A stretch of DNA of 57,912 bases from Sphingobacteriales bacterium. GTDB taxonomy: Bacteria > Bacteroidota > Bacteroidia > Sphingobacteriales > Sphingobacteriaceae. This document shows, piece by piece, positions 38,529-49,465 of this stretch. Where the stretch lies: contig RDXP01000116.1 of the NCBI GenBank assembly GCA_004292865.1, positions 1 to 57,912 of the forward strand. Reading direction: 5' to 3'. The position numbers and the translations under genes are program-made. The notes below the pieces were generated by a model. That model worked only from the letters and a program-made list of their open reading frames with translations, searched no databases and was not told the DNA's origin. The number at the start of each line of letters is the position of its first letter. Within the stretch, counting starts at the first letter, position 1.

Positions 38529-40328
38529 ATGAAGGCAAGGTTAATAAAAATATTTTTGTTCCTAATTCTTGGATGTAATGGCTTGTACGCACAAATTCCA
38601 GTAAAAATCGACATCTCAAAACTGCCGTTTTCTTACAAAGGGGCTTATATGGTAATAAGCATTGTTGAAAATGTACCCGGCGAGCAAAAACTTTACTTGA
38701 GGGATATTTCGGGTAACCGTATGTGGCAAGATAACAGCATATTTTTATTAGAGGCTTATGCAAATGGAAAACCCGAAAAAGCAAACATTACGGCAACTTC
38801 ATCCAAAGTTACGCTTAAATCTGCGTTGGGTATTATTGAACTTTGCTTTCAAGACGATAACATTATCAGGTTGCGTGGCAATGGTACAGGGCTAAAAATA
38901 ACACAAATTGCCAAAGACCAAAGCAACCTAATAATGCCTACCAAACCTGGCCAGTGGCGTGTGCAACAGGGCGGAAACGCACACTTTGTATTTACTGCGC
39001 TAAAGGGCACTGCCACACAATTTGGCGAACGTTATACTTTAAATGCCGATGGCTTAAATAACCAAGTACAAGGCGAAGTTTACTTTATACAAGTGCCTGG
39101 TGGCGATGGCAAATTCGAATCGGCCATAAATCAATACCCCTACGGTTGGGATAAAAGCGATTATAGCTTAGGTTTTGATGATTGTGTACTTAAAGCGAAC
39201 AAAAGTTTAAGCAACTGGGCAAATAAAGTACCCGAAATTGATAAAAAGTACAAAGCGGCTAATATGGCGGCATCGTACCTAAACTGGTCTAGCGTGGTAA
39301 AGCCACAAGGTTTTATGAACCGCCAAATAATTTATACATCAAAAGGTAAAATGCGGGCTATTTGGGCTTGGGATCATTGCTTTACCGCCATGGCTTTGGC
39401 CTATAAAAACCCAATGCAGGCTTGGGATAATTTTATGATATTTTTTGATCACCAAAACCAAACAGGCAGCTTCCCCGATTTTATAAACGATAGGCAGGCA
39501 TTGTGGGGATTGGCTAAACCGCCCATTCATGGCTGGGCACTAAAAAAAATGATGGATGCCAACCCCGTTTTCAATCAACCCAAATACTTAAACCAAATTT
39601 ACAAGCCCTTAGAAAAATGGACAAACTTTTGGTTCCAATACCGAGACGATGACCATGATAGCATCCCCGAGTATCACCACGGAAACGATTCGGGCTGGGA
39701 TAACGCATCCATTTTTGATGCTGGCTTTCAGGCCGAATCTCCAGACCTATCCGCTTACTTGGTAATTCAAATGGATGTATTGGCCGAAGTGGCGCAAAAA
39801 TTAGGCAAACCTAAAGAAGCAAAAATTTGGAAATCTAAAGCAAACAAACAGCTAGATAGGTTAATAAAAAATCTTTGGAACGGTAAGCAATTTGTAAACA
39901 AACGTATGGACGATAACTCCGTTTACGATAAAAGCCAATGCTTAATTAACTATTTGCCATTGGTACTGGGCAAAAGGTTACCTAAATATATTGCCCATAA
40001 AATGATAACCGACCTTAAAACAAACGGCCAGTTTACCAAAATTGGTTTAGCCAGCGAAAATCCAAATGGCACTTTATACAAAGCCGATAGTTACTGGCGA
40101 GGCCCAGTGTGGGCACCTCCTACCCTAATTATTGCAAGTGGAGCATACAGCTACGGAGATAAACAATTTGCTACAGAAATAGCAAAAAGATACTGCGATA
40201 ATTGCACCATCAATGGCTTTGCCGAAAACTACGATGCACTAAGTGGCGAAGGTTTAAGAGACCGAGCCATTACTTGGACATCTTCGGTTTTCCAAATCAT
40301 GGCACACGAATATTTAACCCAAAAATAA
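38529..40328 (+). CDS. (alpha/alpha)6-barrel glycoside hydrolase, GH63/MGH1-like
   Basis: WAWDHCF, KPPIHGW, DSGWDNA, YWRGPVW and FAENYD motifs. Confidence 0.8.
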   Translation: MKARLIKIFLFLILGCNGLYAQIPVKIDISKLPFSYKGAYMVISIVENVPGEQKLYLRDISGNRMWQDNSIFLLEAYANGKPEKANITATSSKVTLKSALGIIELCFQDDNIIRLRGNGTGLKITQIAKDQSNLIMPTKPGQWRVQQGGNAHFVFTALKGTATQFGERYTLNADGLNNQVQGEVYFIQVPGGDGKFESAINQYPYGWDKSDYSLGFDDCVLKANKSLSNWANKVPEIDKKYKAANMAASYLNWSSVVKPQGFMNRQIIYTSKGKMRAIWAWDHCFTAMALAYKNPMQAWDNFMIFFDHQNQTGSFPDFINDRQALWGLAKPPIHGWALKKMMDANPVFNQPKYLNQIYKPLEKWTNFWFQYRDDDHDSIPEYHHGNDSGWDNASIFDAGFQAESPDLSAYLVIQMDVLAEVAQKLGKPKEAKIWKSKANKQLDRLIKNLWNGKQFVNKRMDDNSVYDKSQCLINYLPLVLGKRLPKYIAHKMITDLKTNGQFTKIGLASENPNGTLYKADSYWRGPVWAPPTLIIASGAYSYGDKQFATEIAKRYCDNCTINGFAENYDALSGEGLRDRAITWTSSVFQIMAHEYLTQK

Positions 40329-40334
40329 CTTTTT

Positions 40335-42584
40335 ATGAAAAAAATAAGCATTCTCGTTTTTGTTTTTTTAATCGTTACTGAAATAAAAGCACAAGATTTT
40401 ACCCGTTTTGTAAACCCCATGATAGGTACTGGGGGTAACGGCCATGTTTTTCCAGGTGCTACCGTTCCTTTTGGTATGGTGCAATTAAGTCCCGACCAGC
40501 GTACAACAGGTTGGTCTTTTTGTTCGGGCTATCATTACGATGAAAATATAATCCTCGGCTTTAGCCATACCCATTTAAGCGGTACAGGCGTGGGCGATTT
40601 GGGCGATATTTTATTAATGCCTTACATAGGCAAAAAGCCCGATACCACACAATATCCGGGTAAAACCCAGTTTTCGCATAGCCAAGAAAAAGCCAGCGCA
40701 GGCCTGTACGAGGTATTTTTACCCAAACCCCAAATAAATGTTAGGCTAAGTGCTTCACAGCATGTAGGCATACATGAATATACTTTCCCAAAAACTGCCG
40801 AGGCTTTTATCAATATCGATTTAAAACATAAAATTTATTCGGATTGGGGCAAGCAGGTAGAAAGCGAGTTTGTTATCGAAAACGATTCTACCATATCGGG
40901 ATATACCTACATTACCCGAGGCTGGGCGCCTTCTCGGCGGGTTTACTACGTTATTAAAACCTCTAAGCCTTTTAAAAAATCGTACCTCACCACCGATTTA
41001 GGTTCGGATGTTAAACTAGGCTTATTAAAACCTGGCATCCAAAGGCTAAGAAACGATAATTTAATGCTTAATCTCCAATTTAGCACCAACGATAAAGAGC
41101 AGATAAAAGTTAAAGTAGCCATTTCGGCCGTAAGCTTGGCCAATGCCAAAAATAATGCACTCGAAATAATAGGTTGGGATATAGACGAAGTACACAAAGC
41201 CGCAAAAAAACTGTGGAACAGTTACCTATCTCGCCTACAAATTGATGCCGAACCCAAGGTAAAAGAAATTTTTTACACCGCGTTGTATCATACCTTAATA
41301 CAACCCAACCAATTGGCCGATGCCGATAGTAGTTTTTTTGGCCCTGATTATAAGATACACAAAAGCAAAACGGGGAACTATTATTCTACATTTTCTTTGT
41401 GGGATACTTACAGAGCCGCCCACCCATTATACACTTTATTGGTGCCCGAAAAGGTGCCCGATTTTATCAACACCATAACTACGCATTTTAATTATAACGG
41501 CTATTTGCCCATTTGGGCTTTATGGGGTACCGAAAATCATTGTATGATAGCCAACCATGCTGTACCCGTTGTTACTGATGCTATAATAAAAGGGTTTGTT
41601 AAAGGGAAAGATGTGGAAGAGGCTTACAAGGCCATAAAAACCAGCTTAACCGAAGATCACCGAGGCTCACATTGGAACGGATGGGAATACGTAAAATACG
41701 GATATATGCGATCTGATAGTACAGGCGGATCGTCCGTATCTAAAACCTTGGAATGTGCGTATAACGATTGGTGCGCTGCCCAAGTAGCCAAAAAATTGGG
41801 GAAACACCAAGATTACAGCTATTTTATGAACCGAGCCCAGTTTTATAAAAACCTATTTAAACCCGATATGGAAATGATGTGGCCTAAAAAAACAGATGGT
41901 AATTGGGCAGTTTGGAACGAATACCAAACAGATTACGCTGGCCCATATACCGAAGGCAATTCTTGGCAGTACATTTGGTCGGTACAGCATGATCCTTATG
42001 GTTTAATAAAATTATTCAAAAACCATAACGCCTGCGTACTCAAACTAGATTCTACTTTTTCCAATACACACCCCATAACCGGCCCCGTTAATGATGTTAC
42101 AGGCATTATTGGCCAGTATGCACACGGTAACGAACCTGGGCATCATACAGCTTATTTTTACGGTTTTTTAGGGCAGCCCTGGAAAACGCAGCACAGGGTA
42201 AGGCAAATTTTATCTACCTTATATGATAGCCAACCCAATGGCTTATCGGGCAACGAAGATTGTGGGCAAATGTCTGCATGGTACGCATTATCTGCATTAG
42301 GCTTTTATCCCTACAACCCAGCAAACGGTGTTTATATACTAGGCAGCCCAGCAGTAAACAAGGCGGTATTACAAGTAGATAATGGCAAAACATTTACCAT
42401 AATTGCACAAAACAATAGCCCTCAAAATATTTATGTAGCCGCTGTAAAACTAAATGGTAAACCTTATTTAAACACCTATATTAGGCACAGCGATATACAA
42501 AATGGTGGCGTGTTAACTTTTATAATGACCAATAAACCACTTAAAAAACAAACTTTAACAGCAAACCTGCCACCACTAAATTAA
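40335..42584 (+). CDS. GH92 alpha-mannosidase
   Basis: PGATVPFGMVQLSPD, FSHTHLSGTG, SLWDTYR, EGNSWQY and GNEDCGQMSAWY motifs. Confidence 0.94.
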   Translation: MKKISILVFVFLIVTEIKAQDFTRFVNPMIGTGGNGHVFPGATVPFGMVQLSPDQRTTGWSFCSGYHYDENIILGFSHTHLSGTGVGDLGDILLMPYIGKKPDTTQYPGKTQFSHSQEKASAGLYEVFLPKPQINVRLSASQHVGIHEYTFPKTAEAFINIDLKHKIYSDWGKQVESEFVIENDSTISGYTYITRGWAPSRRVYYVIKTSKPFKKSYLTTDLGSDVKLGLLKPGIQRLRNDNLMLNLQFSTNDKEQIKVKVAISAVSLANAKNNALEIIGWDIDEVHKAAKKLWNSYLSRLQIDAEPKVKEIFYTALYHTLIQPNQLADADSSFFGPDYKIHKSKTGNYYSTFSLWDTYRAAHPLYTLLVPEKVPDFINTITTHFNYNGYLPIWALWGTENHCMIANHAVPVVTDAIIKGFVKGKDVEEAYKAIKTSLTEDHRGSHWNGWEYVKYGYMRSDSTGGSSVSKTLECAYNDWCAAQVAKKLGKHQDYSYFMNRAQFYKNLFKPDMEMMWPKKTDGNWAVWNEYQTDYAGPYTEGNSWQYIWSVQHDPYGLIKLFKNHNACVLKLDSTFSNTHPITGPVNDVTGIIGQYAHGNEPGHHTAYFYGFLGQPWKTQHRVRQILSTLYDSQPNGLSGNEDCGQMSAWYALSALGFYPYNPANGVYILGSPAVNKAVLQVDNGKTFTIIAQNNSPQNIYVAAVKLNGKPYLNTYIRHSDIQNGGVLTFIMTNKPLKKQTLTANLPPLN

Positions 42585-42661
42585 TTTTTTTAGGGGGGGT
42601 GGGAGTGGTGGGTAACTACGCATTACCTCCCCACCACCTAACAATTTCAAAAAACACAAGC

Positions 42662-42697
42662 AAAAAAAAATCGACTACCACGAGTCGATTTTTTTTT
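42662..42697. terminator. Bidirectional intrinsic terminator between GH92 and pyk
   Basis: A9-TCGACT, 6-nt loop, AGTCGA-T9. Confidence 0.85.
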
Positions 42698-42718
42698 ATT
42701 TATAATACGGTTGCATTT

Positions 42719-44149
42719 TTATTCAACCACACTCACTTTAATCATATTGGTTGTACCTCTTTTTTGGATAGGGATTGAAGCCGTATTGATAACAATTTCG
42801 CCAACTTCTATCATCCCCGAATCTTTTAATATCCTATTTACTTCGCTAATGGTATCATCGGTGCTATCGTATTTATCAAAATAAAATCCTTTTACACCCC
42901 ATAATAGGCTTAGGGTGTTTAATAAATTTTTACTGGTAGTAAAAATAAAAGTTCCGGCTTTAGGGCGGTAACTGCTTATTTGAAATGCGGTATAACCCGA
43001 AGTTGTCATCGCTACAATACCTTTTGCACTGGTTTTTTCGGCCAAAAACACTGCCGAACTGCATACTGCATCGGCCAAGTAGGTAGGTGATGTAATATCT
43101 AAATCTTTAGTTTTGTAATATTCAAAAGCGTTATCCTCTACATGGCGAATAATTTTATCCATAGTTTCGATTACAATTAAAGGAAAATCGCCTACCGATG
43201 TTTCGCCACTTAACATTACAGCATCGGCACCATCTAAAACCGAGTTGGCCACATCGTTTACCTCGGCCCGTGTAGGCCTAGGTGTAGTTATCATACTTTC
43301 GAGCATTTGCGTAGCTACAATTACAGGCTTTGCAGCGGCATTACATTTGGCGGCAATCATTTTTTGCAATACAGGCACTTCTTCTAAAGGCATTTCAACA
43401 CCCAAATCGCCACGGGCAACCATTACCCCATCCGTAGCTTCAATAATGGCATCAATGTTTTCGATAGCTTCGGGTTTTTCGATTTTAGCAATTACCCTTG
43501 CTTGTTTTCCTCGGGCAGCAATAATTTGTTTTAATTCGGTAATATCTTCGGCGGTACGTACAAACGATAGGCCAATCCATTCTACGTCATTATCCAAAGC
43601 TAGGTGTAAATTCGATAAATCTTCTTCGGTAAGCGATGGGATAGAAACTTTGGTATTGGGTAAATTTACGCCTTTTCGGCTAGTTAATATACCACCATGT
43701 ACCACTTCGCATATTACGGTATCTGTTCTATTGGTTTCTAATACCTGCATCTGCAATTTACCATCATCTAGTAAAATAATTTCGCCAGGGTGTACATCCT
43801 GTGGGAAAGTATCATAGGTAATATAAATTTGGTCATCATCGCCTATACACTCTTTGGTAGTGATTTTAATATGCGAACCATTTTTTAACACAATGCCCCC
43901 TTCTTTTACCAAGCCTATCCTTATTTTAGGCCCTTGCAAATCGGCAAGTATGCCTACATTGGTATTATATTCTTTATTAATTTCTTTTATGGTATTGATA
44001 ACGCTTTGGTGAACAGCTTGGCTACCATGAGAAAAATTTAGCCTGCATACATCTACGCCAGCCTTAATTAATGATAATAATACCTCTTTATTAGACGATG
44101 CTGGCCCTAGGGTTGCAACTATTTTGGTTCTTTTATGGGTTGTTTTCAT
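42719..44149 (-). CDS. pyk: Pyruvate kinase
   Basis: TKIVATLGPA, RLNFSHG, MVARGDLG and ATQMLESM motifs. Confidence 0.97.
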   Translation of the reverse strand: MKTTHKRTKIVATLGPASSNKEVLLSLIKAGVDVCRLNFSHGSQAVHQSVINTIKEINKEYNTNVGILADLQGPKIRIGLVKEGGIVLKNGSHIKITTKECIGDDDQIYITYDTFPQDVHPGEIILLDDGKLQMQVLETNRTDTVICEVVHGGILTSRKGVNLPNTKVSIPSLTEEDLSNLHLALDNDVEWIGLSFVRTAEDITELKQIIAARGKQARVIAKIEKPEAIENIDAIIEATDGVMVARGDLGVEMPLEEVPVLQKMIAAKCNAAAKPVIVATQMLESMITTPRPTRAEVNDVANSVLDGADAVMLSGETSVGDFPLIVIETMDKIIRHVEDNAFEYYKTKDLDITSPTYLADAVCSSAVFLAEKTSAKGIVAMTTSGYTAFQISSYRPKAGTFIFTTSKNLLNTLSLLWGVKGFYFDKYDSTDDTISEVNRILKDSGMIEVGEIVINTASIPIQKRGTTNMIKVSVVE

Positions 44150-44278
44150 GTTTGTTTTTTTGTACGAATAAGGTTTTTTGCTACTTTGGTTATACCATAA
44201 TCGTTTTAATATTTTAATACTTTTCGGTTAAATACATTGCAAAAATAGCTTTTTTAAAATGCCTTTGGATAAAAGGTT

Positions 44279-44695
44279 TTAAAAAATTAAATTTTCTTTT
44301 GATTTTAAGGTAGATGGATTAATTTCTAGCGCAATTTGTATCTCTTTTATCTGCTTTAAATGGGTTAAAATAAATTGTAGCTCCTCCTTATCACAAAAAT
44401 TGCGCAACAATATAAAATAATCTGTTTCTTTCATCTCAGGTATTAAATATCCTTCGGCTCCTTTATTGGATATAATATAACAATCATTATCGCTGGTGTT
44501 TTTATAATAAAACTGCGAAAAATATTTCGACTGAGCGTTTGGGTAGCTAATACAGTAGTCCATCAAAGTTCTTTCGTAGTTTGTATTTAAAAATTTATTA
44601 ATTAAAAAACACAGGCGGTAGTCTTTTAAAGGCGATATAATGGCTATTAAACAAAAATCTAAGTCAAGTTCAATTTTTAAAAATTTTTTATTCAA
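44279..44695 (-). CDS. IPExxxVDY family protein
   Basis: LKDYRLCF.IN, LIPEMKETDY and LKSKENLIF; located between pyk and acpP. Confidence 0.82.
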   Translation of the reverse strand: MNKKFLKIELDLDFCLIAIISPLKDYRLCFLINKFLNTNYERTLMDYCISYPNAQSKYFSQFYYKNTSDNDCYIISNKGAEGYLIPEMKETDYFILLRNFCDKEELQFILTHLKQIKEIQIALEINPSTLKSKENLIF

Positions 44696-44841
44696 AATAT
44701 ATAGGTTACTTTAGAAGATTATAATTCCACAAAAATTAGGTCGAAAACTGTTTACAATTATAGTAAAACAAAAAGGTTTGATATTTGATAGAATTTATTT
44801 TTATTTGCAAATAATTAATTAACCTTAAAATATAGAGTATT

Positions 44842-45078
44842 ATGTCTGATATCGCTTCGAGAGTAAAAGCAATTATCGTTGAAAAATTAGGTGTTGACGA
44901 AAGTGAAGTAACACCAGAAGCTTCGTTCACGAACGATCTTGGTGCCGACTCCTTAGACACAGTTGAGCTTATCATGGAGTTCGAGAAAGAGTTTAACGTG
45001 GCCATTCCTGATGACCAAGCCGAAACCATCAGTACTGTTGGCCAGGCTATCTCTTATTTAGAAAAAAACGTTAAGTAA
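44842..45078 (+). CDS. acpP: Acyl carrier protein
   Basis: [12 protein letters not shown] motif. Confidence 0.97.
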   Translation: MSDIASRVKAIIVEKLGVDESEVTPEASFTNDLGADSLDTVELIMEFEKEFNVAIPDDQAETISTVGQAISYLEKNVK

Positions 45079-45096
45079 GTTACATTATCAAACTAA

Positions 45097-46350
45097 ATGG
45101 AGCTTAAAAGAGTTGTTGTAACAGGTTTAGGTGCGCTTACTCCTATTGGTAATACTGTCGAAGAGTACTGGAACAGTTTATTAAATGGGGTAAGCGGTGC
45201 CGCTCCTATTACACGTTTTAATTGCGAAAAATTTAAAACCAAATTTGCCTGCGAAGTTAAAAACTTTGTACCCGAAAATTTTTTAGATAAAAAAGAAGCC
45301 CGCAAGCTCGACCCATTTGTACAATACGCCTTAGTAGCAACAGATGAAGCCGTTAAAGATGCTGGGTTAGATTTCGGAAACCTAAATACCAACCGTATTG
45401 GCGTTATTTGGGGAGCAGGTATAGGCGGTTTAAAAACATTTTTAGATGAGGTAATGAATTTTGCTGCCGGAGATGGTACACCAAGATTTAACCCCTTCTT
45501 TATACCCAAAATGATTATTGATATTGCCCCAGGGCATATATCAATGCGCTACGGATTGCGTGGCCCCAATTTTTCTTGCGTATCCGCCTGCGCATCATCC
45601 ACCAATGCTTTGATAGACGCTTTTACTTATATACGTATGGGCAGGGCAGATATGATTGTATCAGGAGGTTCCGAAGCGATACTAAACGAAGCAGGTATTG
45701 GTGGATTTAATGCCATGCATGCTTTATCAACCCGTAATGACGACCCCCAAACAGCCTCACGCCCTTTTGATTTAAACCGAGATGGTTTTGTTGCTGGCGA
45801 AGGTGCTGGTGCACTTATTTTAGAAAGCCTAGAACACGCAAAAGCCCGTGGTGCAAAAATTTACGCCGAAATTGTAGGTGGAGGCATGAGTGCCGATGCC
45901 AACCATATTACCGCACCACACCCCGAAGGCTTAGGCGCAAAGCTAGTTATGCAATCGGCTTTGGATGAGGCTGGCTTAATCCCTGCCGATATCGATTATA
46001 TTAACGTTCATGGCACTTCCACGCCATTGGGCGATATTAGCGAAACCAAAGCCATAGTTGATTTATTTGGTGAAGATGCTTACCGCTTAAACATTAGCTC
46101 AACAAAATCAATGACGGGGCACTTATTAGGTGCCGCTGGTGCAATAGAATCTATTGCTTGTATTTTGGCTATTAAAAACGGTATTGTACCTCCCACCATT
46201 AATCACTTTACGGACGATCCTTCCTTCGACCCTAAACTAAACTTTACCTTTAACAAAGCACAAAAAAGAAATATCAACGCAGCTTTAAGCAACACTTTTG
46301 GTTTTGGTGGACATAATGCTTCGGTAATTTTTAAAAAATACGAAGAATAA
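45097..46350 (+). CDS. fabF: Beta-ketoacyl-ACP synthase II
   Basis: SACAS, HGTST, KSMTGHLLGAAG and FGFGGHN motifs. Confidence 0.96.
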   Translation: MELKRVVVTGLGALTPIGNTVEEYWNSLLNGVSGAAPITRFNCEKFKTKFACEVKNFVPENFLDKKEARKLDPFVQYALVATDEAVKDAGLDFGNLNTNRIGVIWGAGIGGLKTFLDEVMNFAAGDGTPRFNPFFIPKMIIDIAPGHISMRYGLRGPNFSCVSACASSTNALIDAFTYIRMGRADMIVSGGSEAILNEAGIGGFNAMHALSTRNDDPQTASRPFDLNRDGFVAGEGAGALILESLEHAKARGAKIYAEIVGGGMSADANHITAPHPEGLGAKLVMQSALDEAGLIPADIDYINVHGTSTPLGDISETKAIVDLFGEDAYRLNISSTKSMTGHLLGAAGAIESIACILAIKNGIVPPTINHFTDDPSFDPKLNFTFNKAQKRNINAALSNTFGFGGHNASVIFKKYEE

Positions 46351-46414
46351 GGTGGTGTATAACCTTTGTTTCGTAAAAGGTTTGTTGTTTTTTTTTAATA
46401 TATAACCGCAGCGA

Positions 46415-47143
46415 ATGCCCTTTTCGAAAATATACAAGCTCCATTTATCGCCCGAGCGCAAATATATTAAAGCCTTAAAAAATATTTTAGGTTTTGTACC
46501 AGGTAATTTGGCCTTGTATCGCTTGGCTTTTAGGCATAAATCAAAATCGGTAACTATAAAAAAAGGTACAAAAAGTAGCAACGAGCGTTTGGAGTTTTTG
46601 GGCGATGCCATTTTGGGTGCTGTAATAGCCGAAATCCTTTTTAAAATGTATCCCTATAAAGAGGAAGGCTTTTTAACCGAAATGCGCTCAAAAATAGTGA
46701 GCCGGGTAAACCTTAACCAACTGGCCAAAAAATTAGGTTTCGATAAATTAATAGAATTTGATAACCGTACCATAAATATTACAGCCAAGCATAGCTCGGT
46801 ACTGGGCGATGCTTTCGAATCGTTAGTAGGCGCCGTTTACTTGGATAAAGGCTATAATTTTACCAAAAACTTTTTAGCTCAACGCATAGTTAAACCCCAT
46901 ATTGATATACTTATGCTTGAGCACACCGAAACCAATTTTAAAAGCAAATTGATAGAATGGTGCCAGCAACATGGCAAAGAAATAGCGTTTGAACTTATTA
47001 CCAATGCCGAAGGCGAACACGATAAACTATTTACCGTACAAGTATTGGTTGATGGCCAAATTATTACACAAGCCCTTGATTTTAACAAAAAAAACGCCGA
47101 AAAACTAGCTGCCGAAAAAGCCTGTACACAGCTTGCTATTTAG
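46415..47143 (+). CDS. rnc: Ribonuclease III
   Basis: NERLEFLGDA signature plus a C-terminal dsRBD. Confidence 0.96.
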   Translation: MPFSKIYKLHLSPERKYIKALKNILGFVPGNLALYRLAFRHKSKSVTIKKGTKSSNERLEFLGDAILGAVIAEILFKMYPYKEEGFLTEMRSKIVSRVNLNQLAKKLGFDKLIEFDNRTINITAKHSSVLGDAFESLVGAVYLDKGYNFTKNFLAQRIVKPHIDILMLEHTETNFKSKLIEWCQQHGKEIAFELITNAEGEHDKLFTVQVLVDGQIITQALDFNKKNAEKLAAEKACTQLAI

Positions 47144-47822
47144 CTTTTTGGTATTTTTTGAACGATTTTTTAATGTAATTTATAGCATCATAATCATTCC
47201 AATATTTTACTACTTCGTATTTGGGCCGGTATAGGTACATAAATTCGGCCATATCAGATTCTTTAATTGATGTATTATTTTTAATTAAGGCAATGTTAAA
47301 ACGCCTATCTACCACGGTTTCGGCATTTTCGCGGGCTATATATTTGGTAAAAGTACGGGCATTTTTGGCATCGCTACCTAGCAGGTTATTTAATGCCGTA
47401 AGTGGACTAAATATATACATCAAAAAAGGTGTTTTGCCATTGTTATAAACACCCTTGGCCCGGTAGCCATCCAATATTTCTAATTGTTCTTGCTTTACCG
47501 ATTTTGCTTTTACCACCACTTCGTCTAGTTGCAGAGCGAGTTTTAAATACAATATTAAATTTTGTTTTTTGAGTACCGTTTTTGTGGTTTCTTGGTAATT
47601 GCTTTTACTTATCAATAAGGTATCGCCCAAAGCTGCCTGTACCGTAAATGTGCCAAAATCATCCGTAACGCTGCTTAAATGCCTTGTTTGGTTGTAAACA
47701 GTAGCCTTATCAATCCGTTCGGTACCCCCATATTGAAACACAATACCTTTGAGTTCAAATATTTCTTGTGCGCTAGCCTTTAGGCACAAAAAAATTGTTA
47801 GGCATAATAAGCAAAATCTCAT
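47136..47822 (-). CDS. Secreted hypothetical protein with a CarboxypepD_reg-like N-terminal domain
   Basis: Signal peptide, TDDFGTF, GDTLLIS and LDEVVV motifs. Confidence 0.7.
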   Translation of the reverse strand: MRFCLLCLTIFLCLKASAQEIFELKGIVFQYGGTERIDKATVYNQTRHLSSVTDDFGTFTVQAALGDTLLISKSNYQETTKTVLKKQNLILYLKLALQLDEVVVKAKSVKQEQLEILDGYRAKGVYNNGKTPFLMYIFSPLTALNNLLGSDAKNARTFTKYIARENAETVVDRRFNIALIKNNTSIKESDMAEFMYLYRPKYEVVKYWNDYDAINYIKKSFKKYQKAK

Positions 47823-48114
47823 ATTTTAGAAGGTGTATGTATTTAATTTTTTATGCGTATTTAATATGATAAAATCTTTATGAAGCGATAAATATAAATT
47901 TTTGTTTGCGATTTAGCCATGCAAATATAATTTATCCCAAATCATAAATTTACCATGGTTAGTAGCACACCAAACGCAAATTTTAGTGTTAGGTGCGCTA
48001 CCAATCACGGGCATATTTAAAACAAAATTAAAGCCTTATAAGTTATGTTAAAATAAAATTATTTTGCCCCTAAAATTAACCATAAGCAAACGTAGCTTTT
48101 TAACAAACAAACTG

Positions 48115-48122
48115 TATTTTTG
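48115..48122 (+). promoter_or_regulatory. -7 box 5 nt before the lipA ATG
   Basis: TATTTTTG-tagcc-ATG. Confidence 0.6.
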
Positions 48123-48127
48123 TAGCC

Positions 48128-49009
48128 ATGATTGATTTACCCGTAATAGTTGCCAGCGATGTAAAACCACGTAAACCCGATTGGTTGCGGGTAAAACTAC
48201 CCGTAGGTAAAGAGTATGCGCATGTACGTAGCTTGGTAGATGAGCATAAGCTACACACCATTTGCGAAAGCGGTAACTGCCCCAATATGGGCGAATGCTG
48301 GGGCGCAGGTACAGCAACGTTTATGATTTTAGGTAATATATGCACCCGTTCATGCTCGTTTTGCGCTGTGGCAACAGGCCGCCCGTTGGCTGTAGATACC
48401 GACGAACCTAACCGTGTAGCCAATTCTATTAAATTAATGAACGTAAAACATGCCGTAATTACATCGGTAGATAGAGATGATTTAAAAGATGGTGGCTCCA
48501 TTATATGGGCGCAAACAATAATTGCCATACGCCAGCAAAGCCCCATTACTACAATGGAAACCCTTATTCCAGATTTTAAAGGGGTGTGGGAAAACCTTTA
48601 TAGGGTGTGCGAGCAAAAGCCCGAAATAATATCACACAATATAGAAACCGTAAAACGCTTAACCAAAGAAGTGCGCATACAAGCCAAATACGAGCGAAGT
48701 ATGGAATGCCTAAAACGTGTTTCGGATTATGGCATACGCACCAAATCGGGCATTATGCTAGGTTTTGGCGAAACCGAAGCCGATATTATAGAAACCATGA
48801 CTGATTTAAAACAAGCTGGTGTACATGTACTTACCCTAGGCCAATATTTACAGCCAACCAAAAACCATCATCCAGTAATAAACTGGGTACACCCTGATGA
48901 ATTTTTGCATTATAAAAATATAGGCTTAAAAATGGGCTTTAAATATGTGGAAAGCGGCCCTTTGGTACGGTCATCATACCATGCCGAAAAACATTTGCTA
49001 GATAATTAA
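48128..49009 (+). CDS. lipA: Lipoyl synthase
   Basis: [12 protein letters not shown], the radical-SAM motif CTRSCSFC and VRSSY. Confidence 0.97.
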   Translation: MIDLPVIVASDVKPRKPDWLRVKLPVGKEYAHVRSLVDEHKLHTICESGNCPNMGECWGAGTATFMILGNICTRSCSFCAVATGRPLAVDTDEPNRVANSIKLMNVKHAVITSVDRDDLKDGGSIIWAQTIIAIRQQSPITTMETLIPDFKGVWENLYRVCEQKPEIISHNIETVKRLTKEVRIQAKYERSMECLKRVSDYGIRTKSGIMLGFGETEADIIETMTDLKQAGVHVLTLGQYLQPTKNHHPVINWVHPDEFLHYKNIGLKMGFKYVESGPLVRSSYHAEKHLLDN

Positions 49010-49107
49010 ACCATAAAATAAAGCAATATACCTTTAACCACGCCGTTTTTTTTAAACAAGCTCATTTTTTTTATGAAAACAAAGGCTAGTTTTATATAAC
49101 TTAGGCT

Positions 49108-49197
49108 AGCCGGGCTTTACACTATTACCCCTCATTGGCCTTATTTTTTGGCCAATAGCATTCGGGGGTAGCCGTTTCAATCCCGTTTATTTACGCA
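49108..49197 (+). ncRNA. Flavo-1-like structured RNA or repeat
   Basis: CGGGCTTTACACT...CCGTTTCAATCCCG with nested stems CGGG/CCCG, TACCCC/GGGGTA and ATTGGCC/GGCCAAT. The resemblance to Flavo-1 is from memory of the consensus. Confidence 0.55.
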
Positions 49198-49465
49198 GGG
49201 CTGGTTTTTTAACACCCAGATTTTACCGTAACAATTACCAAAAAAATTGCGAAAAAGTAAAATAAATGCCAAAATAAGTTAATTATTAGGCAATTTAGAA
49301 TTAAATTATAAATTTTAATTATACTTACTTCGATATTGCAAATAGTGTTATGTATCCAACAGCTGTTTGTACCAATTAAAACCTAAACAATATATCAAAA
49401 AAATAAAAAAAATTGGCAATTTGCACCAAATTAAACCCTTACCATAAACCAACAATAACCATTCG

